Shown here: in pieces, positions 26,296-40,863 of the stretch
How positions within the stretch are numbered: position 1 is the first letter of the stretch
Layout of the letters: every line of letters starts with the position of its first letter
Assembly (NCBI GenBank): GCA_022813865.1
Contig: JALDZX010000030.1
Location: 62,001 to 126,000, forward strand
Length of the DNA: 64,000 bases
From: Xylographa opegraphella
Taxonomy: Eukaryota
Direction of reading: 5' to 3'
Notes under the pieces: generated by a model
The model's database searches: none
What the model saw: only the letters and a program-made list of their open reading frames with translations
Told to the model about the DNA's origin: nothing
Made by a program: the position numbers and the translations under genes

Positions 26296-27189
26296 ATTGA
26301 CCGTGTCTTGTATTGCTGAGTTTTATTTCCTATAGCTCTGCACCTATACTGCTATTGTTTTGTGGTTTAATTCATGTGACAGCTGTGCTGTGAATAGCTC
26401 AAACGTGCTGTGGATAACAGATATAAGTATCAAGCAATACAGGAATGAAAATAGAGCAGGCATGATGAAGCCAGAAACTTTGATTCTAATGTCAGTGAAT
26501 ATGATGGAGGCAAGCGCAATGCTATGTTAAATTTTCCAAATGGAAGTCACGCTCGACCAGAGCTATGCTTGGACCAAACCCTGAATGCGTTACGACAGAG
26601 TTGTTCTGGTCAATAGTAGCCTTTTTATGCTACGTATGTAAAGCCCAGTGAACACATAGTTACAAATTGTGCTGTAGAACTTTTGCGCTCGATTTATCTT
26701 AGGTGCCTTGAGAATCATGATAGAGTCAGAATTACGGGAGGCTTAAGGAGCAAACTGCCCAAATCAGGTCATGACGCAGAACAGCCAGGCGATATTGTGT
26801 ACTACCTACGATACATCGTGATTAGAGCTGTTTAGTACACGGCCTTAGGTATGAAACCCTATTCCCGCTCGAAATGGTAGCCACGGCGGCTAGCGCTTAG
26901 GATATGTTAAGGTAAAGTCCAAACCGACATTCGCGGCTAATATGGCACGACTCTGTTTTCACGTTCGCGTACCCAGCTCTGCACTACATAATGCGCCGTC
27001 CTCTATGATCGTTCATTATGTTCACTCCGCAGTAAGCTGGCCTGGCGAAGCATTTGACTTAACAGCTGTCTAAAAATATGATTCGAATGGAAGCCCGGTT
27101 TGATCTGCATTTTTTTGCCCTGGGTTGCATGTGACGACCACTTATATGATTCACTCACGCTTGGGAGAATCTCATATAAGTTCCTTGCA

Positions 27190-30100
27190 ATGGTTGAGTC
27201 CGATCTCGCATTCAAATTGGTCTCTGGGGTTCCTGGAGCAAAGGGCGATCATCGCCTTATAGCGCTTCATCAGGCAGCCTCAAGAGCAGAAGAGGCAGCT
27301 GAACGGCTCCAGGAATATACTGTTGCCGCCCGGCCACTACTTTCTAGTTTGTCTTCTCAGGCAGCTATTGGTGTTCCATGGACAGCGCCTTTGACACCGG
27401 AAGACTCTGCGGAGGAGAACTTCGATATTCTTGAACCCGAGGTCAACCACGAGCATCCATCCTCGATGCTTGCTGCGAATAGTACGTCAGTACCTCGTCC
27501 CGCAGCTTTCCCCTCGTCAAGCCTCACCGCCTCAGGAAAAAAACGGGGACGCCCTCGGAAGTTGAATCTGATCGATAGTATCGAAAGCCAAGGGCAGCCA
27601 AGATACACAGAGTCGGCAAATCTGACGCCGAAAGAGAGACCTCCAGGAACTGGCAAGTTCAGAATTAGAGATCAGCGCCCATCTTCTTCCCCGCTTAGAG
27701 TGTGGAAACCATCACCTGCGAATGCCAAGGAATCAAGAATATTTGGTACTGGCAAAACCGTTGATCTCAATGGAAAGCATATATTGTCCCAGGCTCACAT
27801 GCAGTGCATGCGGGATGACATTACTGAATTTGATCCAAAAAAGGCTGCTCCTTCTGTCAATACTCAAGGCCAAACATCAATTTCTCTTACACCCGATATT
27901 CCTCCCGCCTTTTCGATTGAGTTGCAAAAGAAGACAGCAGAGGAAAACAATATCTTGAAAATGATATTCAACAACGAGATCGCTCCGATAATGCATTTGG
28001 CGATGACCGGATTTGAAGATAGACTTCCCCGAAATGTTCTTGTGTCTGTGGGTAGAGCCGTAAGCCATTCATTCTCATTGATCTCCATGGGCACAGATTG
28101 TTAACCTCCAGCAGTTTGCGGACGAAATATTAAACCAGAGACTCCGTAAGGCTGTTCAGAATGGCTTGCAAACCACGACTCCGTTTTTCAAGCAAATAGC
28201 GGCGGGGACCATTCATCGGATGTTACTACAGAAAGCGAGAGATCACGAGAGCGTCTCTTTCTCATCTGGAAGTCGTAGCCTGGACGGTACAGCAGCTTCG
28301 ACCTCGGCTCCTATCACTGGGGCTGAAGTTGAAATTGAAACAGAACTTCTAGGAATTCATCGGCAAAGCGATCCTCGAATTGGCGTGTTCCGTAAGCCAA
28401 ACATCTCCAAGACGGAACCCGGTTGTAATGGTCTCATCCAAAAAGACAGCACACTACATGCTACCACGTCGTCATTGAGCGTGCATGATTCGAATCGGAG
28501 GGCAGACGACTCAAATCCAAACAGCAATACCAACATACGGCAAGATACAATTCCGAAATATGCTCCGCCTATCGCACCACTTCCGCAATGGTCTCTTGGA
28601 TCGCATTATAGTCGGCTAGGGATCAAGGACTTTCGTTTCCCGGAGCCTCTTGTCAAATTTCCGACTGATTTGCCTGGTCCAAGCTCCAGAATATCTCGCA
28701 AGCAGACCGCACAATCCTACGAACACTCTTTCCATTTCCAGGAGTCTAATCTTGGATCGCGATCATCTACGCAGTCCGGGTACCATTCCACTGATAGTGA
28801 AGACAATATGCCTCGTCGCTTAGTTCGGCATGCAGATTATATCGAAAAATCACATTCGGACTCGCAAGCCACCTTTCCAGCCTCTGCCAATGTTAAGATG
28901 AAGCCGTCAGAACGGTCACGAGTAGCTGTATCGGAAATATCCAAGCTCCGATCTATAATTGCTGATAAGGATGGTGTCGATAATTCTGTTTACTGTGTAC
29001 CACAACGCGTGCGTAACATGACATCCCTTCTGAGTTATCGCCAATTCGGATTTGGAAAGTGGATCAATACTGCTGAACTTAGCGGTCCATCCATTAATTT
29101 CCAGCTTAAAATTAATCTTTCTGAGGGATTGGGTTGCTGGAAATCATGGACCGGGGCTTCAAAGGATGTCATTACCGCTGCGTGGGCCCCTGATGGGCGT
29201 ACTTACGCTGTAGGCGCCTCTACAGAGCTGGACAGCCATAATATTCAATACAACAGAAACAACAATCTTCTTCTCGGCAATATTCAAGCGAATACTCTGC
29301 AAGAGCTGCCCGACCATTACATCGATCGACCAACACCTGGTATGATTGACGGCGGCGACAATGCTCTAGCGGATACATACAACGCTGTAGATCCAGAGCT
29401 ATATACAACAATCTCCCACGTGTGTTTCAGTTCCGATGGTAATCGACTTTTTTCCGCCAGCTATGATAATACCGTCAAGGTCTGGGACTCGAAGTCTGCA
29501 AGCAAGCCTACGTGTATACAAACAATCAGGCACAACGCGCATGTGAATCTCCTTACCCTGTCCCACCAGCCTTTGAATCTACTTGCAAGCGGTCAGAGTA
29601 CGACCGAGAATTCAATTCGTCTTTTTGACCTTAATTTCTCCGATCACACCGACCATGGTTTCGCTGGAGCATTGCCATATTCTACCTTTTCTTCTCCTCG
29701 CGCAAGCAGGTTCAATCTTTTCCCATCATGCCTTTTATGGGGTAGAACTCCAGACACGAGCCATCTTCTTCTTGCTGGCTTTGCGGATGAAATTGCAGGT
29801 GACCATTGCCGCCCTCAAAACGGCGACTTATGCCTATGGAACGCCGAGACAGGGCAAGCGCTAAAGATAATGTCCGGTTTCACCGCAGTACACGACATAT
29901 CATGGCATCCTCGACTTCCCATATTCGCCGCAGCCTCTACCCCGGGAAACCGCCATAATCTCACCTACCGAAGCACTCGGTCCATAGTTCGCACTTACCA
30001 GCCGTATGAGGCCTCGAGCTATAGAGTCGAATACGAGTGTCCTGCAATTGATATAAATGACGTCCAATTTCATCCACGTGACGACCACTACATATCAGCC

Positions 30101-31027
30101 GGTTGCACCGACGGCGTCACATATGTATGGGACGTCCGCCAACCGGACATAATCATGCATCGCCTCCCCCACGGTCTACCAATTGACGAGCTCGACCATT
30201 CGATGAGCCGCGAGGAGCAGGACACCGGAATTCGCTTCCAAGCCTGGGACCAAGCTGGCCAACGTCTCCTCACCGGCTCTTCGGACGGCGCTATCAAAGC
30301 TTGGAACATATTCGTCTCCCCCGAAGATGCGTTCATTAAAGACATCGCCCACTTCGACGCCGGTGTGATGACGGGGACTTTCTCCCCTAACTACGATAAC
30401 CTCCTCGTCGGGCTCTCCAAAGGCGCGGTGCAGATTCTCTCTGTGTGTCCGACAACCCACGAGCCTGCTGACGACCACGAGCATCCCTGCTCCAGAACTC
30501 CCTCCTCCCCTCGCAAAGCCTATGACACCATCACCTACGTCTCCGCACCTCGCCCTGTCGTCGAAGAAGCCCCATCCGGCGTCTCCCTCGCCGCTCACCT
30601 CCTCGACACCAGCCAACTAGTGATGCACCCCACCTTCGGCGCCGGGCAAGGCCCCAATTACCGAGGCCCGTACGCGCGTTATGCACGACGCGACGGCGCG
30701 AATCCCGCGACCGAAGACCTCAACCCGGACGTTCTGGCAAGCCAGCTCGACCCGCAAGCGAGGAGGCGTGGGAGGAAGGCCGGCGGGAAAGCAGACAAAG
30801 AGACCGTGGGACGGTACCGCATCGCAGAGGGCTTGGCGCATGAGAGGAATTTCATGCGATACGCGTTCCGGGAAGGGAGGAGGGCTGTGGGAAAGAGGGC
30901 CGCGGATGGCGGGGAGGAAGAGGGTGGGGGGAAGAGGAAGAGGGTGTTGGATGAGGGTTTCGTGGGTGGGGTGTGGTGGGAGGGAGAGCCGATTGAAGAG
31001 GAATACAAGGACGATGGAGAGGGATAG
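27190..31027 (+). CDS. WD40/DCAF protein resembling S. pombe Raf1(Clr8/Dos1) and Neurospora DIM-9, with an N-terminal AT-hook
   Basis: KKRGRPRK AT-hook; WTGASKDV..AAWAPDG...QYNRNNNLLLG, SASYDNTVKVWD, ECPAIDIND, TYVWDVR (WDxR), LTGSSDG.IKAWN; one intron ~28060-28113. Orthology is inferred from recalled motifs. Confidence 0.75.
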
Positions 31028-31548
31028 GGAGGGACTACTGTGCAGGGGCGGTCGGAGGTGGCGGCGGCGCAAGTCGACGAGGGTATGGCGGTAGACAAAG
31101 GGGTGGATGTGGAGAGCGCCATCGTGATTGAGGATGATTGAATTCTCCGAGATTATAATGCGGATAGTGGTTGAGTGATGCTATTCCGATTGGTGGTATA
31201 GGATCACGATTTCGTTGGTTTCTGTAGCTTTGGTTTCCGCAGCATGGATTTCAACGGAGCTGCTTTCTACTACTACATTGATTTCTACAGCATTAATTCG
31301 TAACCGTGGAGATGTGACAGGCACCTATGGTAGTCTTGAATCATGTCGTCTACAATGCTCGCAGTACCGGCCTGTACGAACAACCCATTAATAATAGGCG
31401 CTAAGTCTCTGGATACAGCTCGACTGCCATCATGAGCAAAGCAAACATCTGGGACACCGTGATTTTGTTCTCCATGCCCAACGCGTCTGGTCGTCAGGCT
31501 TTATTCATTCCTTATACATGTAAATGCTACCAGCTGATAGCCAGTCCC

Positions 31549-33898
31549 CTACAGCCGCGCCTTCTGCGTCGGGTCCGCAAGGGCCTCCGCGTACAGCTCG
31601 TCGAGTTGGCTGCGGAACTTCTTGGCCGTTTGGGGGCGCTTGAGTTTGAGCCTGCGGGGCAAGTCAGCATCATGGAAGGTGGCAAAGGCGGAGGGAAGAG
31701 AAAGCGTAAGCGGCACTTACGTCGGGGTCAGAAGCTCGTTCTCGATCGTAAAAGGGTCTATATACAAATAGCAGTTTTTCACCCGCTCGTAGCCCGCGAA
31801 CTTGTTCTTGCGGCCCACGCGGTCCAGCTCCTTGACGACCTCCTTCCGCACCTTCGGGTCCCAACAAGCAGCCGACAGGGCCTGAAGATCCGTCGGCGCG
31901 ATGGTCTTGCCGAGGATTTTGCTCGCGAAAGGCGCGAACGTGTCGGGCGCGACGCCGAAGATAGCGACGAGGAAGGTCTGGACGGAGTCGCCGTGCACGT
32001 AAGCCGTGGCGAGGAAGCTAAGGTGCGAGAGGTAGACATTCTCGATGGCCTCTGGGGAGATGTACTCGCCCTGCGCGAGCTTGAGGACGTTCTTGCGGCG
32101 ATCGATGATCTTGAAGCGGCCTCTTTCGTCGACGGATGCGATGTCGCCGGTTTTAAACCAGCCGTCGGGGGTCATTGCTTTCGCGGTCTCTTCTTCGTTG
32201 CGGTAATAGCCGCTGAACAGCGTGTTCCCTCGCATGAGAAGCTCGCCTCTTGCGTGTGGCTTATCTGTGACGTAGTATTCCATGTCTGGTACGCTGAGCA
32301 AACATAACTCGTTCGCGGGCATGGCCGCACCGCAATTACCTGTGGAGAAATCGCCGTATAACTGGCAGAGACCGACGGCATAGCTTTCTGTCAAGCCGTA
32401 GCCCTGGAAGAAGTCATTTGCGAAGACGATCCGGAGGAATTGATGAAGCGTCGGGTCGAGAGGCGCTGAACCAGAAACCATGACTCTGGCGCGATCTAGG
32501 CCCAGGGCGGCAGCTACTTTATTTGACCAGACGCGGTCGTAGAAAGCGTGCCGGTTTGTCGCCGATACATTATCTGGGTCTCGTAGGTATGCTGACTTCG
32601 TCGCAACAACATGTCGCGATAAAGCTCCCTTCACACCAGTCTGCTCTGTCGTTTGCGTACGAATAGCACCGCCAAAACGATTGAAGAGACGGGGTACCGA
32701 GGCGAAAGTTGTAGGTCGGAGAAGTTTCAGGTCATCAACAAGGCCAAGGACATCACCATGGAACGCGCCAACCCCGCAGCCTGACCAGAGCGCCCCGTGC
32801 TCTAACATCCGTCCATAAATGTGAGCAAGGGGAAGGTAAGAACACATCAGGTCCTTTGTAGGTCTCGGTAAGCTACCAGAAATAGTGCCTGAGGTAGCTG
32901 CTACCGCAGCGCGGTGCGTGAGCGACACTCCCTTGGGATTGCCAGTTGTTCCAGAGGTATAATTGATGGTCACAATGTCCGATGGTACAGGAGGACGCAC
33001 GGGATTCCCCGATGCTACACCAAGAGCTTCGACTTGATCTATTGACATTATTTGAATACCAAGATCCGTGGCAAGAGATGATAGAATGTCAAACTTGGAC
33101 AGTCCCGCCTGTTCTCCAGCGTTCAGAGGATCCAGGGAAATGATGATTTTGAGGGACGGCAGCCGCGGTTTCAGCTTGAGCAGCGTTGGGATATGAGGAA
33201 GAGAAGTTGCAACACAAGCCAGCGTAGCATGATTGATGATGTATTCTGTAGCAGACGGGCCGAGAGTATCGTACAGCGAAACAGAGAAAAGAGATTGAGA
33301 CATGCATGCGAGATCTGATACCAATTAGTAGCTTATAGCGCTCAATGTGGTTTTGGTGCATCATTACCTGTCAATTGCCACTCTGGTCTATTTTGACACC
33401 ACAACCCAACGCCAAATTTGTCGTCCGTTATGCCCGCCTTCTTGTGAAGCTCAACGATTCCAGCCCCAAAATTCGTTTTGCGTTTATGTACAGTTTTGTA
33501 ATCCATCCATTGATATGGACCCCACTCCTGCATGACAGTGTCGAAAGGTCTGTGGCCGAGGCAGCGTGCCTCAGGATACAAGAAGACTGAGAAAGGTTCA
33601 GTATGTGGCCAGATCAGGTCCGGCTTAGACACAAGTCTCACCCGCATGTTCGAACATCTCGTGTGCTGTCAACACCTGCCTCATATTTAGCTTCAGACGT
33701 TACATATGCCCGAGGGATAGGGAGAGCAACATGGGGATCGAGGGTGTCCAGCAACCCATGCTCGGATTTCCAGTGCCTATACACAGGACTTCGGTCTGGT
33801 AGTTCTGAGCCGGCGAGGGCTACGGAGTATGGCGAGCCTTGTGGTGGAACAGCGGCATACTCCCTGGCTCGGTCAAGGTAGGCCATGGTGTACGACAT
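31549..33898 (-). CDS. Long-chain fatty acyl-CoA synthetase, peroxisomal (Faa2-like)
   Basis: YTSGTTGNPKG, GYGLTE, GWFKTGD, IIDRRKNVLKLAQGEY; the last exon ends LKLKRPQ...QKARL* (PTS1-type ARL). Confidence 0.93.
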
Positions 33899-34163
33899 GA
33901 TTGCAAGCAGAGGAGCTCAGAGGTCAATGGGGGAATGGATGCGACTGCGCTTCTGGTCTGCACATACATTATATCAGCATCGGGCAACCGCTGGTGGACG
34001 TACAACGTACACAATATCTAAGACAGTCAGAAGAGAAGACTATATTATGTACAATGTAGAAGGGCCAAAACGAGAAATGAACATGGAGTACGAAAGGGAT
34101 ACCGCAAAGTGAACGGCTCGAGCAGAGGGAAGGAAAGAAAGCGTGTCGGATGCGGGAATCGTA

Positions 34164-34169
34164 CCTCGG
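34164..34169. promoter_or_regulatory. CCTCGG, candidate FarA/FarB fatty-acid regulon core site
   Basis: About 265 bp upstream of the acyl-CoA synthetase ATG; matches the Aspergillus Far core, but is only a 6-mer. Confidence 0.4.
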
Positions 34170-34627
34170 TTCCCAGCAAATGCAAGCGGCCGTGTGCTGG
34201 GATAGACGCAAGCCACCGATATCGTAATGAACAGGGGCCTTTTTGCGCCCGCGGGTCTGTCACCAGGCGGCTGTCCTGTCAGAGGGTGAATGGAGACGGA
34301 GTGATGAAGTGCGAAGCAAGTTCCGTGTCAATGCAGACATTGCAATAACGACTGACCGGCAGCAAAACTAGTTTTCTGATGGCTCACTTTCAGGTCATGC
34401 GCGGGTCAGTTCCACTCTCGGCCTGTCCGAGATGGTGGCGACGCTACGACGCTCCCACCATTGCCCCTACATGAAGGTCCAGTAACCTCCGACGGACCGA
34501 GCTGACACGTCGGTACGCTCTTGTTCCGGATGCCTCGATGGAGTGATGAGACGGAGCAAGAGAAAGCGACGAGGCTCCGAGTTTGGGCAGCAAACAGCCC
34601 ACTGATTCTATGGACAACTACGGCTTT

Positions 34628-36318
<1,691 letters not shown>

Positions 36319-36595
36319 CGTGCTCGATTGCTCCCGTCCTCTACTGTATGCTATGCCCTTTCCTCAATTCTTCAATTAACCCCCGTTCAGACTGATTCTC
36401 AAGATGGTACTGCTCGCAGCTTTCCCAAGAAATGTCTTCGTATAAGAACAATAATAACAATAATGAATACTCAATCCTCCTCTCCAATCCGTTCGTAGCT
36501 GTTCCGCAAATGTCGAGAAAATCTCCGCCCTGCACGCCTCCGTCCATGCGGCCTCCATCCTTGCTTTCCCCACAACATCGAGCCCGTTAGTGGGG

Positions 36596-36605
36596 ATGGT
36601 GTCAT
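36596..36605. promoter_or_regulatory. ATGGTGTCAT, candidate CYS-3/MetR sulfur-regulon bZIP site
   Basis: Exact match to ATGRYRYCAT about 280 bp upstream of the MET17 ATG. Confidence 0.6.
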
Positions 36606-38017
36606 ATTCCCTACCGCGGGGGCGGGGGCTTTTTGGCGGCTCGGCCTCACGCCGAATGCTCGCTAACGAAAGTCGCGGCACCGCTGTAGAGCGTCCCGCA
36701 CACACGTTGCTCTTGATACGTGACCGGGGGTTCTGAATCGAGACTTCGTATTGTAGATAGCTCGACCTGAGCTGAACGCGAGCGTGGAGGTATCGGCAGG
36801 AAAGCAATCCTCTCTTCCCTCCCAGGCTCCCGCTCGGCCCTACCTCTATTGAGGAGACGACCACATACGTGTACACACCCATCCAACCCATCCATACCTA
36901 ACCAGCAAATCCCATCTGCGTACCATCTCATACTATTGACTCCATTCCATCTGCCTCCCCGCTCAGATTTTCACTAGCTCGCCCGCGTTGCCGTTCATTC
37001 CTTCCACAGCCTCCTTTTTTTTTGTAACTAGCTCCGTCCCTTTCCTAGCTTCGTTCATGCGGGCCCAAAGGCGTGGCGGTTTGGCGGTCGGGTCTGAGTT
37101 TGTGTTTGGGGGTGGTTTGTGGTGTGTGAGTGTTTGAATGTGGACAAGCTGTGGCTGTGGGGATATGGCTGCGGGCATGTGGTGGGAATTGGTAGGGTGG
37201 AGAGGAGGGGGGTGGCGTGGATGGATGGATGGAAGCTGGAGGGTATGGTGTGGAGGGGGGCGATGTAGGTTGAATGCGATGATCAGAGAGTGTCGTTATG
37301 GCGCTTTGTTAGCGGAGGAGGTCAGAGGATTGGGGGTGGGAAGTGAATGGGGAATTATGGTGAATGAGGTTCGAAGTCAGAGGAAGAGTGTCGGGCATGG
37401 TGGAAGGTCTAGCATGATTGTCGTCTCGAGATGCAGGTTTGCGAGGCTGGTTTGCTGCTAGGTGGTGACAAGAAAGGACTGCAAGACTGAGAAGTGTAGT
37501 CTTCGCTCATGGGGGAACATAGCTGACTACTGTCCACATCTACGTTCAGAAGCCAATGTACATCTCCACCATGCAAACGCACTAAAAACAGTCGACTGAA
37601 CAACAAAGTGATCACGAGCAGACATCCTCATCAAGGCATGCGTAAGATACACCAACGGACGAAGCTGTTCGCCCACGATAAACGTTCCACGCTCCTGCCT
37701 CCCAAAACATGCGCCCCAATCCCGAAGCGCCACGCGAAAGCGATCAATCGCTAGGATTGAGAGTCGCGTAAATTCCCCTTTCCGAGAGAATTTGCCCCGA
37801 CACAGAAAGACCTACACTCGTGCGAAGAGTGGCGAGCTGAATGTGAAGTACGCTCTTGGAAGTCGATAGTATTACAATGCATAGAGAAAAAAATGCATAG
37901 GCCCTTTGAAGCACTGCGGCTAGGCGCAACACCCCAGAAAGAAACACACGAGGGGCGCTGCTTGACCCGCAAGGATGTGTAGGATGTTTTCCATGTGAAT
38001 TGACCGATGTTGGCAGT

Positions 38018-38627
38018 TCAGACACCCGGGCGTCTTTCCATACTGGGTGCCGGCTTTGCAGGCGCGCTGTGGCGGGTGCGCCAGACGTGCATGGCGGCAA
38101 GGCCAGTGGTCACAGAGGAGATGATCCTGGACAAAGTATTGCAGTCAGCGCATAATCTGCAGCGCTTCCTGCAAGCGCAATCGTATCCATTCGCTCCCAC
38201 TTACCAGATGAAAGCCCCAAACGCCGCTGCGGCCTTGGCACTCCCGCACACGCTGCCGAGACACAGACTCAGCGCTGACAGGAAGACGGCGAGCGCGACA
38301 AAGCCGGCGAACCAGAACAGCATGGTGAGCGCATCGGTGGCGAGGGTCGCGTACTTGTGCGTCAGCTTGGGGAAGTAGACTGGGGCGATGGTCAGGTAAG
38401 GGACCGTGAAGAGGGTCCACAGAGAGGCGAAGATGAGGAAGTTGATTTGTGAGGGCGAACTGATGCCATCACGGACGATGTACCAGTGCGCGACTAACAG
38501 AGGTCGAGTTAGCTGATGAGCTGTGGACAGTTGAAGGGGGAAACGTACCGTAGCCGGTGAGTCCAAGCATGATGACGGCGAAGATGAATTGCGCAGCGCG
38601 CAGGGGGAACATGTAATTGAAGGGCAT
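38018..38627 (-). CDS. MARVEL-domain membrane protein
   Basis: LRAAQFIFAVIMLGLTGYV, SPSQINFLIF..W, DALTMLFWFAGFVALA, C...C..AKAAAAFG; four TM segments, two introns. Confidence 0.88.
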
Positions 38628-39358
38628 CTTGCAATGGTGATTACGGTTTGCGCAGTACGATGGAGCGAGAGATTCCGTCTGGAGGTGTGGTTGTTATCGC
38701 ACGATAGTGATCCAAGGAGTGAAGCGAAAGTAGCTGGTGTAGTCTAGTGAACTGGAATGTCTCGCAGAGGTTCAGGAATGCGCTGGGCAGTGATGATAGG
38801 TAATGACCGTCTCCTCCAAAGGCGACACTTGAGGCTTTGTATTTGTACCAAGCGGGTGACTGGAAGGTGAGCTGTTCAAGGAAGAAAGGAACAAGAAAAG
38901 GAAATCGTGCAGAAGGCGCGCGACACTTTGAGTTTGTCCAATTTCGAGACAGTCAGTCAAAAAGCCCCGAGCCTAAAGGACGCAACGGGTTCCTGGCGGG
39001 GCTGACCAATCAGCTGTGCGCATCTCCCCCAGAGCCAGGATTAGCGTGGGGTGATGAATGGCAACGGACAGGGGTCCATCTGCCGCTCTGACGTTCTTGT
39101 GTAACTCACGTTTCAAGGCTCATTCTTGCTTAAGCACCTTGCCGCGAAGGTTGACCGACTGTGTCATGTCGCGATGGGAGACGCACAGCATCATTAAACA
39201 TCGGACCTCCGCATATGTATCCAAATATGGTGGCTATGTTTTTTACTGGAGCTGTGATGAGCAGCAGCGCCATCTCATGCTTGACGCGATCGATGGGTGA
39301 TACATGTCCATTCCGATCTACACAACCTATCGAGTGCTGTTCACGACAAAGCCGTCGG

Positions 39359-40863
39359 TTAAAATCCATGCAACACTGTGGTGTTTTCAATGTGCGCCCC
39401 TTGCAGTGCTGTCACGTTCAAGCCCAAGGCCTTCAGAATCGTTGGTCCCACTTGCCTCGTGCTCGTCAATCTCGAGATCTTTCGTTTCTTCAGGCCAGGA
39501 TTGCTGACGAAACACGCAATGTGCCGGTCGTCTTGGTGGAACCCGCCGTGTTCCGTGATCTTGGTCTTGCTGGTGGTATAGATGATCCCCTCGATGGGTT
39601 CGACGAAGATATCGGGGACCGCTGGATCCGTAAGCGGGTTGCCGAAGCCTCGGTCGATGAGTCTTTGGCCATAGATGATGTTCTTGATCTTGAGTGCAGA
39701 TGCCTGCTTCTGCAGATTGGCCACCGCTTTCTCCGTGTCGTTATGATTGGCCAGCCAGATGATGGCGACATCGTCCGATGTCTGCTGAAGGACGTCGACG
39801 CCCGTGGCGTTCGTGACCAGAGTCGGATTGATCTTAGCGTACTTTGCAGGGTTGATGGGAGCGTTACCGTGCTTGGAAGCCACGACGATAAGAGTTTCGT
39901 TGTAAATGTTCTTTGCTTGGAGAGCGCTGACGATGCGGGCAAAAGACAGGTCAATGAAGTCGAAGGTGGCCAAAAGTCCGGGGGTAAATGGGTTGTTGGT
40001 ACCGTTCTCATACCCGTCTTGCTTTTCAGCAACGTTGATGGATTGAAAATTTCCCCCAAAAAGATTTGGAATGCGGCCACCAAGTGTACCTTCAGAGTTC
40101 GCAGGGTCCGTCCCGTTGATCCAGTCAAGAAAAGCGCTGACATGCAGGCTGTCGTACTGGATAGTAGTGTTCACCATTGAAGGAATGGCATTAATCTCCG
40201 GAAAGTAGCCCAACGTGAGGCCAGTGCCCGAAGGACCCCGCACAACATCGTAGGCGGGATGTTTATCCGTATATGCTGTAACCATTCCTGCAGCTCGAGC
40301 TATCTCAAATACGGTATTGACTCGAAGACGAGCGTGTGGAAAGATATCGGTGCAGACACCATTGACAATTTTCTGTGGCAAGTTGGCAGGGTCGATGCCT
40401 CCCGAGAAAAGGAGGGTGTCGTTGTAGTCAACAACTTCGGTGTATTGAACTGCATATGCTGTAAGTATGATGCTTCGAGCGTAGTTTACATGGGAAATCC
40501 ACCTTCGGCACCAGGAGGGCCTGAGCAGTTACTGCTAGGCAAATAGAAGGTACGGTCATAAGTGTCATCATAGAAGATACCGGTAGTTCGTGGGCTGGCT
40601 CCTGTAAATTGTGCAAGAGTGCCTGGAAACGAGTCGGAGGGTTCAGAAGTATAGGCATTGGTGTATTCGTATCCCGTTTCAAGCAGTTGGGCTATGGTCG
40701 ACTTTGGCCTTGCTGCAACGTACTTCTTCACATCAGTGGCATGGAAGCCGTCGACGCTGAAAACTGCAACATGTTTGAAGAGCTGAATCTTGTTGATTGG
40801 ACTGCTCTCGACGCCGGTTACTGCAAGAGCAGCTGCGCCTAGAATTATCGAATTGAAAAACAT
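39359..40863 (-). CDS. Secreted alkaline-phosphatase-superfamily enzyme (type I phosphodiesterase/nucleotide pyrophosphatase-like)
   Basis: Signal peptide, FSVDGFH, PSDSFPG, DKHPAY, GGNFQS, ASKHG, EHGG; one intron near 40.43-40.50 kb. Confidence 0.87.

Noticed and set aside
31432..32307. 291-aa plus-strand ORF
   Set aside because: Antisense to the acyl-CoA synthetase; codon-bias shadow.
36376..36891. 171-aa ORF upstream of MET17
   Set aside because: Overlaps the promoter region; no motifs or coding-like composition.
39161..40180. 339-aa plus-strand ORF
   Set aside because: Antisense shadow of the phosphodiesterase gene.
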